Of a DNA stretch of 64,000 nucleotides, positions 27,588-36,711 are shown piece by piece (within the stretch, counting starts at the first letter, position 1; each line of letters opens with the position of its first letter). The notes beneath the pieces were generated by a model. The model was not told the DNA's origin, ran no database searches, and saw only the letters and a program-made list of their open reading frames with translations. The stretch spans positions 500,406 to 564,405 of the forward strand of contig JBMFNR010000002.1 of the NCBI GenBank assembly GCA_049970055.1, read 5' to 3'. This stretch comes from Fervidobacterium sp. (GTDB taxonomy: Bacteria; Thermotogota; Thermotogae; Thermotogales; Fervidobacteriaceae). The position numbers and the translations under genes are program-made.

Positions 27588-28535
27588 ATGAATCTCAGAC
27601 CAAGACCACGAAATATCGAGTTCGAAATAACTACACTTTGCAACTACAGATGCTTGCATTGCTACTGTAATGCAGGTAAAAGGTCTTCTGTTGAATTATC
27701 AACCGATGAAACTAAAAGTGTTATAGATCAACTTGTTGAAGCAGATGCCGAACTTCTTGATATTGTTGGTGGTGAACCGTTGATTAGAGAGGATATTTTT
27801 GAAATTCTCTCGTATGGCAGGTCTAAAGGTTTAAGGATGTTGATGAACACAAACGCTTCGTTGGCGACAAAAGAGGTGGTTGGGAAGTTAAAAGAAATCA
27901 TTCCAGAATTATCCATAGGTGTTTCTCTCGATGGTCCTATAGCTGAAATTCATGAGTTTGTCAGAGGAAAAGGAACATTCGGAAGAACGATGCGAGGATT
28001 AATGAATTTTTTAAATGCAGGTTTTGACGTCACACTTTTGTTCGTTGTGAATAAGGTCAATTACAAATACATCGATGAGATGCTGAAGATAGCAGAAGAG
28101 CTCGACGCTAATTTGTACGTTGACAGATTTATTCCAGTTGGAAGAGGCAAACTTTTCAAAGAGAAGCTTGAACCTACAAAGGAAAACATCGAATATGTAG
28201 TGGAAAGATTAAGGACTTACAGTGGCAATGTTGAGCTGTTTATAGAAGAAAATATATTTGGTGGTGAGTGTACAGCGGGAAGAACTCATGCTTCTATACT
28301 TGTTGATGGTAATGTTGTTCCTTGTGGACATTTCAGATACAATCCGGAATTTTATATGGGAAATGTTACGAAAGAACGTTTTAAGGATATTTGGGAAAGG
28401 TACAATCCGGATATACTATTACCTAATCAATGTTTAAGTTGCCATTTGAGAAAAATTTCATGCAATTCTGGTTGCCTTGCGTACGCCAATTTGAGCGAGG
28501 AGAAAGTAGATAAGTTGCATTGTAAAGTAATTTGA
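27588..28535 (+). CDS. Radical SAM protein with C-terminal SPASM domain
   Basis: CNYRCLHC, GGEP, VSLDG, CTAG...DGNVVPC, CLSC..CNSGC; RBS AGGAGG. Confidence 0.92.
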   Translation: MNLRPRPRNIEFEITTLCNYRCLHCYCNAGKRSSVELSTDETKSVIDQLVEADAELLDIVGGEPLIREDIFEILSYGRSKGLRMLMNTNASLATKEVVGKLKEIIPELSIGVSLDGPIAEIHEFVRGKGTFGRTMRGLMNFLNAGFDVTLLFVVNKVNYKYIDEMLKIAEELDANLYVDRFIPVGRGKLFKEKLEPTKENIEYVVERLRTYSGNVELFIEENIFGGECTAGRTHASILVDGNVVPCGHFRYNPEFYMGNVTKERFKDIWERYNPDILLPNQCLSCHLRKISCNSGCLAYANLSEEKVDKLHCKVI

Positions 28536-28541
28536 CATCCG

Positions 28542-28577
28542 AAAAAAGAGCCGCTTTTGATGAGCGGCTCTTTTTTT
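28542..28577. terminator. Bidirectional intrinsic terminator
   Basis: AAAAAAGAGCCGCTT-TTGAT-GAGCGGCTC-TTTTTTT between convergent genes. Confidence 0.9.
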
Positions 28578-28591
28578 ATTCTATGGTTGTT

Positions 28592-29572
28592 TTATCTTAT
28601 AGGTTTATCTTTCGTTGCTTCTTCTAAAGCGAGAAGTCTTTTGTAACGTCTTGTGACATATTCTTGAATTTCGTCTATAATCTCTTGTGCATCTGGCCTT
28701 GAAAGTATGGGCTTAAATCTTCCTTGTGATTTTATGTAATCTGCAACAGGTCTTGGGTTAGTTATTTTCTTCGTAACTCTGTAGACTCCCCTCTCAACTT
28801 CGTACAAAGGCCAGTAAAGGGTTTCAACGGCAAGCTTGCTTGTCTCTACTGCTTTGTCATCATTTACCCTCCAGAACCTAACACACGCTGAATGAGCTGC
28901 TATGAACGATGGTCCATCAAATTCAAGTGCTTTTTCTATCTTTTTCATAAAGTCCATAGGTTCGGATAGCGCAACTGTAGCAACATACACATTTTCGTGT
29001 GCTGCCATGATTTCTACGATGTTTTTTTTGAGTTGAGCTTTACCTGGAAGTTTTTTACCAACTGGAGCTGTTGTTGTATCTGAACCTGGAGGCGTTGAGC
29101 CAGACCTTTGGTTACCAGTGTTCATGTATCCTTCGTTATCGTAAACGATGTATATGAATTTGTGACCTCTTTCTACGGCTCCAGAGAGCGATTGAAGACC
29201 AATATCATATGTTCCTCCATCGCCTGCAAATGCGAAGAAGGCAAGTTTCTTGTCGGCAGGTATTTCTCCCCTCTTCTTTGCTGCTCTGAACGCTGTTTCA
29301 ACACCACTAATCGTTGCTGCAACGTTTTCAAAAGCATTATGAATGTATGGTATATTCCAAGCTGTGTATGGGTATATTGTAGTGGATACCTCAAGACATC
29401 CTGTTGCAAGTCCTACAACAGGTTCGTATCCTTTTGCTATAGCTGTCATGAGAGCAAACTTTACAACGTTTGGGGCGGCACATCCTGGACACATTCTGTG
29501 ACCTTGTGTTATTCCAGGATTTTTGTCATAAAATAGTTTTGCAAGTTCTATAGCATTTAATGGCATTCTCAA
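28592..29572 (-). CDS. porB: Pyruvate:ferredoxin oxidoreductase beta subunit
   Basis: GHRMCPGC, ATGCLEV, GDGG..DNEGYMNTGNQRS TPP motif. Confidence 0.93.
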   Translation of the reverse strand: MRMPLNAIELAKLFYDKNPGITQGHRMCPGCAAPNVVKFALMTAIAKGYEPVVGLATGCLEVSTTIYPYTAWNIPYIHNAFENVAATISGVETAFRAAKKRGEIPADKKLAFFAFAGDGGTYDIGLQSLSGAVERGHKFIYIVYDNEGYMNTGNQRSGSTPPGSDTTTAPVGKKLPGKAQLKKNIVEIMAAHENVYVATVALSEPMDFMKKIEKALEFDGPSFIAAHSACVRFWRVNDDKAVETSKLAVETLYWPLYEVERGVYRVTKKITNPRPVADYIKSQGRFKPILSRPDAQEIIDEIQEYVTRRYKRLLALEEATKDKPIR

Positions 29573-29598
29573 TTACACCTCCTTTTATTTTCTCTTAT

Positions 29599-30768
29599 TT
29601 ACTCTCTAAGCCCAAGGTATCTTTCTTCGTCTGCGATTAAGTTACCATTGAATGCATCTTCAAATGCTTGTCTAATGTGATTTGGCATTATGTCTCTGCC
29701 CCCCAGACCATAGACGTAACTACCGATCTGTGGTCTAACAGCTATCTCGTAAAGTGCCGATTTAATTGTTTCGTAAAGTGGAGCTTCCGCGCCGAAGGAA
29801 GCAGACCTATCGAGTACTACAACAGCTTTTCTTCCGTTTAGTATTCTTTGGTATTCTGTCTTTGGGAAAGGTCTGAATATCCAAGGTTTTAAAAGACCAA
29901 CTTTCTTTCCTTCTTTCCTTAACTCATTGATTGTATGCTTGATCGTACCTGCTGTTGAGCCGAGTGCAATCATTATGTACTGAGCATCCTCAACCATGTA
30001 TTCGTCGATAAGAGTGTATTTTCTCCCTGAAATCTTTGCAAATTCATCTGCAACTTGTTTGAAAACTCTTGGAACATGCTTCATTGCTTCAATCTGAGCT
30101 CTTTTATGTTCGAAATAGTAATCGTACAGATCAAGTGGACCGTATGTCACAGGCTTTGAAGTATCAAGCAACGGATTCATTGTAATTTTCTTTCCAACGA
30201 AATTCTTAACTACATCGTCATCAAGTGTTTCAACAACCTCAACGCCATGTGAGATGATAAACCCATCGAAGTTAATCATAACTGGAAGTCTTACATCAGG
30301 ATGTTCGGCAATTCTGTATGCCATGACTGTAAAATCATATGCCTCTTGGGCGTTTTCTGCCCAAAGTTGAATCCAACCGCTGTCTCTTTCAGCCATAGCA
30401 TCGCTGTGGTCACAGTGAATATTGATTGGACCAGAAAGCGCCCTGTTTGCAACGGCCATAACGATTGGAAGCCTTAAAGATGCTGCGATAAAAACTACTT
30501 CATGCATGAGTGCAAGACCAACTGATGCTGTCGCTGTGAATGCTCTTGCACCTGCAGCTGCTGCACCAACAACTGCACTCATTGCTGAGTGTTCACTTTC
30601 AACTGGAATCATCTCAGTATCAACTACACCGTCTGCAACATATTTCGCAAAGTATTCAACAACAGGTGTTTGTGGCGTAATGGGATACGCTGCAACAACA
30701 TCGGGATTTATTTGTTTCATTGCGTAAGCAATTGCTTCCGCACCTGTAATTGCTTGTTTTACAGGCAT
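29599..30768 (-). CDS. porA: Pyruvate:ferredoxin oxidoreductase alpha subunit
   Basis: AAYPITPQT, VESEHSAMS, YGLGGRD. Confidence 0.94.
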   Translation of the reverse strand: MPVKQAITGAEAIAYAMKQINPDVVAAYPITPQTPVVEYFAKYVADGVVDTEMIPVESEHSAMSAVVGAAAAGARAFTATASVGLALMHEVVFIAASLRLPIVMAVANRALSGPINIHCDHSDAMAERDSGWIQLWAENAQEAYDFTVMAYRIAEHPDVRLPVMINFDGFIISHGVEVVETLDDDVVKNFVGKKITMNPLLDTSKPVTYGPLDLYDYYFEHKRAQIEAMKHVPRVFKQVADEFAKISGRKYTLIDEYMVEDAQYIMIALGSTAGTIKHTINELRKEGKKVGLLKPWIFRPFPKTEYQRILNGRKAVVVLDRSASFGAEAPLYETIKSALYEIAVRPQIGSYVYGLGGRDIMPNHIRQAFEDAFNGNLIADEERYLGLRE

Positions 30769-30780
30769 TTTCGCACCTCC

Positions 30781-31131
30781 TTACTCATTCACAAAATTCG
30801 TCTCTGGTTTCATTACTATAGCACGTTTTTCATCTGGGGCAGGTTGTTTAGTTTTTGGATCGGTACTTTTTGGACAGACATTTGCACACAGTCCGCAACC
30901 TTTACAGTAATAATAGTTATATCCTCTCATCTTCGGCTTGCCATCAACAATTTCAACAACAATTGCCTGGTCTGGACAATACAACCAACATTGCATGCAT
31001 TGGATACAGTTTTCTGGTTGATAAACAGGTCTCATTACCCTCCACGTACCTGTTTTGTATTCTTTTGCGTTACCTGGTTCGGTAATCAGTCCACCAATAG
31101 GAAGTTCCTTCCATCCCTTGAGTTCAGGCAC
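30781..31131 (-). CDS. porD: Pyruvate:ferredoxin oxidoreductase delta subunit
   Basis: KTGTWR, CIQCMQCWLYCP and CKGCGLCANVCP 2x[4Fe-4S] motifs. Confidence 0.94.
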   Translation of the reverse strand: MPELKGWKELPIGGLITEPGNAKEYKTGTWRVMRPVYQPENCIQCMQCWLYCPDQAIVVEIVDGKPKMRGYNYYYCKGCGLCANVCPKSTDPKTKQPAPDEKRAIVMKPETNFVNE

Positions 31132-31699
31132 TGCAGGTCACCTCCTCGTATCCTCTGTGGAGTGCCTTAATGTTCTTTTGAACTACTTCTTCTCCAAATT
31201 TTTTAAGGAACATATCTCTGATCTTGTCTTCCACGTATTTTAGCTCGATTACGCCAGTTACTCTTGCAATCGAACCAAGCATGACAGTGTTGGGGGTACC
31301 CCTCCCAAGTTCTTCAAGAGCTATATCAGTTGCCTTTACAACACAGATTTTACCTTTAAATCCCGTCTTTTGCCTTACCCATTCGATAGGTTTAACCGTG
31401 TTCACTATGAGAATAGTTTTATCCACTGTCCCCGCGATGATTTCGGGATTGCCAAGAAGGGTATCATCAATAACAACGACAAGGTGCGGGTTTTCTACTG
31501 ATGAGTGTAAGAGTATAGGCTCGTCAGATATTCGGTTAAAAGCCTTCATCGGGGCTCCTGTTCTCTCGGCGCCGTATTCTGGAAAGGCTTGAACGTACTT
31601 GCCCATGTCAAGAGCTGCTTCTGCAAGCATTTGAGATGCACTCTTAGCACCTTGACCTGCACGGCCATGCCATCTGATCTCAAAAATATTCGCAGGCAC
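31124..31699 (-). CDS. porC: Pyruvate:ferredoxin oxidoreductase gamma subunit
   Basis: EIRWHGRAGQGA, FPEYGAERTGAP, PNTVMLG. Confidence 0.94.
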   Translation of the reverse strand: MPANIFEIRWHGRAGQGAKSASQMLAEAALDMGKYVQAFPEYGAERTGAPMKAFNRISDEPILLHSSVENPHLVVVIDDTLLGNPEIIAGTVDKTILIVNTVKPIEWVRQKTGFKGKICVVKATDIALEELGRGTPNTVMLGSIARVTGVIELKYVEDKIRDMFLKKFGEEVVQKNIKALHRGYEEVTCSA

Positions 31700-31771
31700 T
31701 GTCCTTACCTCCTTTTCAAAGTTTTGGTGAACATTTATAATTTTACACTCTTGCCCTCAGCTTCCTTCAAC

Positions 31772-31803
31772 ACAAAATCCCGAGATGCACTAGGCACCTC
31801 GGG
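31772..31803 (-). terminator. Probable terminator after the GH57 gene
   Basis: CCCGAGGTGC-CTAGT-GCATCTCGGG then ATTTTG on the minus strand. Confidence 0.6.
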
Positions 31804-31830
31804 GAGCTACTTTAGTTAGAGGATGTGAGA

Positions 31831-33432
31831 CTATACTTTGAGATAGACTTTGTAATTTACGTCATGGAATATATCATCTACATATTCTATCCTCTCTAAC
31901 TCCCCTACACTTATATTACCACTCCTTAGCATTTCGTACAAGGTTAAAAATCGTTTAATATGCGTTTTGGTTCTGTTAACAGCATATTCCACGCTTGTTC
32001 TGGTTGTCATGATAAATGCCCAATCACTTGATTGGGCAAGTAGTAGCTCCCTAACCATCTGATTTAATACTCTCACTTTTAAAGGATCACTTTCTTGCGC
32101 GTGAAGTTTCGCCATTTCAGTCATCTTCTCGACCATTTCGTCAAGATGAGGATATATCCAGTCATTTGTACCATTTAACCAAACTTCGTTGTAACCATTG
32201 GCACCCCAACTTGATGCTGCAGGGGTTAAAATTTGCACTTTTTCAACCCAGTCTACAACATCACATGCACGAACTACTCTCAACTTTTGACTTTTTACCA
32301 CATCTCTCATGAAATATTCTAAAAAGTACGGGCCTTCGAACCACCAGTGACCGAATAGTTCCGCATCAAACGGTGCAACAATAATAGGTTCGAGACCTTC
32401 AAATAAATTAATCAGATATTCCACTTGAGATTCTTTTTTTCTCAAAAAGTCCTTAGCGTGCTCACGTGCCGTCTCTTTAGCTTCGTCGATGTCGTAAAAG
32501 TCTTTCATCTCAAGTGGTATATCCTTGGATGTGATTTTGTGATATTTGATACCGACATTCATTCTTACTCCACTTGGATCTATGTATGGTTTTATGTAAT
32601 CGAATTCTCTGTCGAAACCTATGTCCCTATAAAATTCTCTGTATCGCGAATCACCCGGATATCCTATCTGGGCACTCCATACTTGTTCTGAGCTTTCTGG
32701 ATCTCTTGCAAAAACAAATACATTATTGGGAGTAATAACAGGCCTGTAGACTCCATACCTCGGTCTTTCGTCTGCATACCAAAGCGCGTGAGAATCAACA
32801 AAGAAATACTCAAACCCGTACTCGGCAAGATATTTGTCGAGCCCAGGAAAATAAGCACACTCTGCAAGCCAGATACCACGTGGCTTAACACCAATGTGAT
32901 GTTCATAAGTCTTTACAGCGTGTTCTAATTGAGATCTAATTGCTTGTGGATACTGTTCCATGAATGGGAGATATCCATGCGTTGCGTTGCATGTGATAAT
33001 GTCAAGGTAGCCCTTAGAAAAAAATTCTTTAAAGCCATTTAGTACATTCCTTTGATACACATCTCTAAATAGAAATAGTGTTTCTTCAAAAAAGTTCAAA
33101 TAAAACTTCGCCATTTTATGTTTCTTAGGATGCTCCAATTCAGTTCTAATAACTTCCTTACGCGCAAGTTCTATGAGCTTTTCAAGTTTTTTTTCATATC
33201 TACTTTGTAAATCTGGGTTTGCGAGCATCTCCATTAATGGTGGTGTTATGGACATTGTTAATTTCACAGGTATTTTGTCTCTTTCCAGTTCTCTGAACAT
33301 CCTTAGAAGGGGTATATACGTTTCCGTTATGGCTTCAAATAACCAGTGCTCTTCCAAGAAGAATGGATATTCTGGATGATGGATATACGGTAAGTGTGCG
33401 TGTAAAACAAACATTATTTGCCCGCGCGACAT
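31831..33432 (-). CDS. GH57 1,4-alpha-glucan branching enzyme (DUF1957)
   Basis: VLHAHLPY, WLFEAITETYIP, GIWLAEC, APFDAELFGHWWFEG, AQSSDW. Confidence 0.93.
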   Translation of the reverse strand: MSRGQIMFVLHAHLPYIHHPEYPFFLEEHWLFEAITETYIPLLRMFRELERDKIPVKLTMSITPPLMEMLANPDLQSRYEKKLEKLIELARKEVIRTELEHPKKHKMAKFYLNFFEETLFLFRDVYQRNVLNGFKEFFSKGYLDIITCNATHGYLPFMEQYPQAIRSQLEHAVKTYEHHIGVKPRGIWLAECAYFPGLDKYLAEYGFEYFFVDSHALWYADERPRYGVYRPVITPNNVFVFARDPESSEQVWSAQIGYPGDSRYREFYRDIGFDREFDYIKPYIDPSGVRMNVGIKYHKITSKDIPLEMKDFYDIDEAKETAREHAKDFLRKKESQVEYLINLFEGLEPIIVAPFDAELFGHWWFEGPYFLEYFMRDVVKSQKLRVVRACDVVDWVEKVQILTPAASSWGANGYNEVWLNGTNDWIYPHLDEMVEKMTEMAKLHAQESDPLKVRVLNQMVRELLLAQSSDWAFIMTTRTSVEYAVNRTKTHIKRFLTLYEMLRSGNISVGELERIEYVDDIFHDVNYKVYLKV

Positions 33433-33434
33433 AT

Positions 33435-34217
33435 TTACAGCCCCTTCCCACTAAATCTGTTAACGCTAAAACTTCCGGCTCCCGATATCCGAAAAAGTTG
33501 TTCCAAGCCTTGCACCGATCCAGAAATTCTTTCAACAATAGGGGTTATCATTCCGCTTGATGGCATGACTATCCTTCTTTTTTTTCTTAAGTCCAACCAT
33601 CTTTCCCTTGTCGATTGACTTGGTGCATTGGTTGGTGTTTTACAAAGATTTGATCTTATAAGGACTTTGTATTGCCCTTCGGTGTCGTAATAACCTATTT
33701 CTCCAAGATAATGTGCACCTGGTGTAGGTATATTTAAATAGTAGTTTTTCATGTTGAATGGATCGATCAAAATTTCAAAAGTCCTATGTGCGTTTGTACC
33801 ATCGAATTCGATGTATGTAACATCGTACACTCTTAAGACAACCCTTAGTACTTCTTTTGACCTCAACAGCGATTGGTTATCGCCACTCAAATCCCAGTAA
33901 AAATGGATCCAGTACGGATTAACAGGCATGGCTACAAGTTTGTTTTTGTTATATGTCTCGGGTAGTGTTAGATCTTCTTTCGAAGGAATTACGTTTGCAG
34001 ATTTTTGGGAAGATTTAACTTGGGACGGTGATGACGAGGAGATGACACCTTCTATGACTAACTTAGATCGCTCTAAAAATCTTTCAAGCATCTTTCGTAC
34101 ATCGTTCTTCCCCATCTGTTTTTTTACAGTTAATCCTAATTCTTTAGCCTTCGCTTTTAACTCTTGGATAGTCCGGTCGCTTTTTAACCATTCTTCTAGT
34201 TCCTTCCAACTACTCAT
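33435..34217 (-). CDS. DUF4912 domain protein with N-terminal Rho-N-like helical domain
   Basis: TIQELKAKAKELGL, LPETY..LVAMPVNPYWIHFYWD, LRVYDVT, RSN...TP; 2 nt upstream of GH57. Confidence 0.8.
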   Translation of the reverse strand: MSSWKELEEWLKSDRTIQELKAKAKELGLTVKKQMGKNDVRKMLERFLERSKLVIEGVISSSSPSQVKSSQKSANVIPSKEDLTLPETYNKNKLVAMPVNPYWIHFYWDLSGDNQSLLRSKEVLRVVLRVYDVTYIEFDGTNAHRTFEILIDPFNMKNYYLNIPTPGAHYLGEIGYYDTEGQYKVLIRSNLCKTPTNAPSQSTRERWLDLRKKRRIVMPSSGMITPIVERISGSVQGLEQLFRISGAGSFSVNRFSGKGL

Positions 34218-34455
34218 AAATAACTCACCCCCCGTATGGCGATAAATTTTTGAAATTTTTCAAAAGTTATTATACTACTATACGAAACGTTGTAAAATAT
34301 TGTAAAAGAAAGAAATGGTATTATTTTTATTGATAGTTAGATGTAATGCTCTCTAATCACTAATTATAATAACATTACAATCATTGCATTTAAATTTAAG
34401 AATATCTATGCCAAGTTGAAAGTAATGTCATTTCAAATAAGCTCAGTTTTTTCGG

Positions 34456-35204
34456 TCACATTTTTGTCAAGAAATAGCTCGATCTCGCTGATGTTCGGAA
34501 AAGCACTTGTTGTGCTCTTTTTAGACAGGTTAAAGCAGTGCAAGCATTTGAAAAACGCAGTATTTTAGTAGGAGGGTTGTTGTGGAGAAGGCTAAATATA
34601 ACGCAAACGATGAATGAATTCCCCGCTCCTGTTGTATCCACAGATACGATCTTAAACGATTCTTTGTATATTCTCTCATTATTATTAGCGTACAAGCTCC
34701 CTTTTGCACCGAGTTTTCTGAAGAGTTCTTCTATTCCAAAGTTCAACAATTTTTCTATCGCTTTTTCAATTGTAAGAAATTTCTTTATCCAACCCGGCTT
34801 GGAAATATATTAAATTTTAAGTGTGGTGTAGTTAGAATATCGATGTTTTCAAGGATGTCTTTCTTTTAAAGATTTTTGTTAGCACCTAAGTGGTTGAACA
34901 TCGTGTTATTTCTGTCTTTGTCGACGATTATAAAGGTAATGCCTGTTTCACTTTGTTCTTTTACCCTTGTTTCAACACCTAATTCTTTTAATTTATTCGC
35001 CACATACCTTCCAAATTCATCATCTCCGGCTCTGGCTATAAGGTATGACTTTATGCCTAACTTTGATAATGCAACAAAAACGTTGGTGGCTTTCCCACCA
35101 ACGCTCATGTAGATGTTTTCAGAAACATGGTTCTCATTTATGTTTATTCTTTCATCTGAAAAGAATAGGCCTATATTGACTTTACCTACACAAAGTAACT
35201 ATCA
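34456..35204 (-). pseudogene. PfkB/ribokinase-family sugar kinase pseudogene
   Basis: Fragments LLCVGKVNI..GGKATNVFVALSKLG..GDDEFG..TG and KLGAKG..VDTTGAGNSF in separate ORFs; start codon out of frame; catalytic GAGD reads GAGN. Confidence 0.85.
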
Positions 35205-35945
35205 TTTCAATTTTTCAATCTCTTCTTTTGCTGTTTTTACAGCTTCCTCATGTGTTTTAATAAGCAGTGGGTGTGGATCCATGCTTATCACTTTTTGGAA
35301 CATCTCCTTTGCTTTATTCTTATTACCTGTTTTTAAGTACAGATATCCAAGTTCAAGGTAAATGTTTGAGTAATTTGGAGTGAGTTTAAGTGCACTGTTT
35401 AAAAGCTCTTCCGATTTTTTGTAATTGGAAAGTGGCCATGGCACGTCCCTATAGCGCATTCCAGAAGCTAAGTAAGCGAAAGTTTTATAGAGACGCTCTT
35501 CTTTATCGTTTTCATCAAGCAGCTTAATGGAGGTGTCTATATACCTATCGAAGTCACCTAACATAAACAAACTCTGTACTATTCCTTTATACTGGGCTAG
35601 TCGACCAATTGATGCACCAGCTATGTAGTGTGCTCGTCCGTTTTTCTGATCAAGCTTAATGGCAAGTTCTGCATTTGAGCGTGCTTTTTCAAGTGTCTTT
35701 TCTTTGTCCTTGTCTGGGACCCCCCAGGTAGCAAGTTCTAAGTACGAGTCAGCAAGAATGGTAAGTAGTTCACTATCCTTAGTGTAATCTGGGGTGTTTT
35801 CGATATCTTTGATTACACTAAGCATCTGGTCTTTGTCACGGTACTTTCTGGCTTCAATAAACCTGTTGTTAAACTCCTCAGCAACTGTTGCAAAGACTGA
35901 AGCAATCAAACCAATAAGTATGATAATACTAAAAACCTTTTTCAC
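35202..35945 (-). CDS. Exported tetratricopeptide-repeat protein
   Basis: Signal peptide; TPR-like ALKLTPNYSNIYLELGYLYLKTG..AKEMFQKVI. Confidence 0.8.
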   Translation of the reverse strand: MKKVFSIIILIGLIASVFATVAEEFNNRFIEARKYRDKDQMLSVIKDIENTPDYTKDSELLTILADSYLELATWGVPDKDKEKTLEKARSNAELAIKLDQKNGRAHYIAGASIGRLAQYKGIVQSLFMLGDFDRYIDTSIKLLDENDKEERLYKTFAYLASGMRYRDVPWPLSNYKKSEELLNSALKLTPNYSNIYLELGYLYLKTGNKNKAKEMFQKVISMDPHPLLIKTHEEAVKTAKEEIEKLK

Positions 35946-36121
35946 ACTATCCCCTCCTTGATTTAGGTTGCGTAGTTATCTACAAAATATTATAACATAA
36001 TTTGGGCATAAAAACATTTTTGATGTTTAATTTACAAACCAATGTTAACGTAAAATTAAACATAAATCTAAAATTTGTGGTAATATATCTTTGTATATTT
36101 CTTATGGAAGGAGAGATCGAT

Positions 36122-36487
36122 ATGTTTGATCACGAACACAAACATCACCATCATGAGCATGAACACGAGCACGAACACGACCACATTGATGCGTTCACTC
36201 TTATGGATGAGGAAGGAAATGAGCATCATTTTGTCTTGTTGGGAGAAGTTGAGAACAAAGGAAAGGCTTACTGGGTTTGCGAAGAAATTTTTGTGGAAAA
36301 CGAAGAGATATCAGAATTTGGCGACACGTTCCTCTTTGAAAAATCTGAAGACGAAGAAGGCAATGTTTTCCTTGATTCTATACAAGATGAAGAGGAATTC
36401 AACGAAGTTGTCAAAATTTGGGAAGACATGATGGGTGATGAAGATTTCTTCGTTGATATTGATGGCGAAGAAGATGAAGAAGAATAA
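36122..36487 (+). CDS. DUF1292-like acidic protein with His-rich N-terminus
   Basis: ATG after GGAAGGAG; FTLMDEEGNEHHF, DEEGNVFLDSIQDEEEFNEV. Confidence 0.8.
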   Translation: MFDHEHKHHHHEHEHEHEHDHIDAFTLMDEEGNEHHFVLLGEVENKGKAYWVCEEIFVENEEISEFGDTFLFEKSEDEEGNVFLDSIQDEEEFNEVVKIWEDMMGDEDFFVDIDGEEDEEE

Positions 36488-36496
36488 ATATCCATC

Positions 36497-36526
36497 TTGA
36501 CAGGACTTAGGAGCTTTTGGTAAAAT
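36497..36526 (+). promoter_or_regulatory. Promoter of tRNA-Thr(GGT)
   Basis: TTGACA-18-TAAAAT with extended -10 TG. Confidence 0.7.
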
Positions 36527-36542
36527 ATTCTTCGACTTTGGT

Positions 36543-36619
36543 GCAGGCGTAGCTTCAAGCGGTGGAGCGCCTCCTTGGTAAGGAGGAGGGTGTGGGTTCG
36601 AGTCCCACCGCCTGCTCCA
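36543..36619 (+). tRNA. tRNA-Thr (GGT)
   Basis: GCAGGCG/CGCCTGC acceptor, CCTCC-TTGGTAA-GGAGG, CCA end. Confidence 0.95.
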
Positions 36620-36635
36620 AATTGAAAAATAATAT

Positions 36636-36669
36636 GAGAGGGTTTTTGGACCCTCTTTTTTGTTTTTTT
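36636..36669 (+). terminator. Intrinsic terminator after tRNA-Thr
   Basis: AGAGGGTT-TTTG-GACCCTCT followed by a long T-run. Confidence 0.85.
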
Positions 36670-36711
36670 AGATGAATTTATACATTCAGATGTTCGGGGG
36701 GCGGCGTGAAG

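Noticed and set aside
34290..34308. TTGTAAAA direct repeat upstream of DUF4912
   Set aside because: Short, AT-rich and expected by chance.
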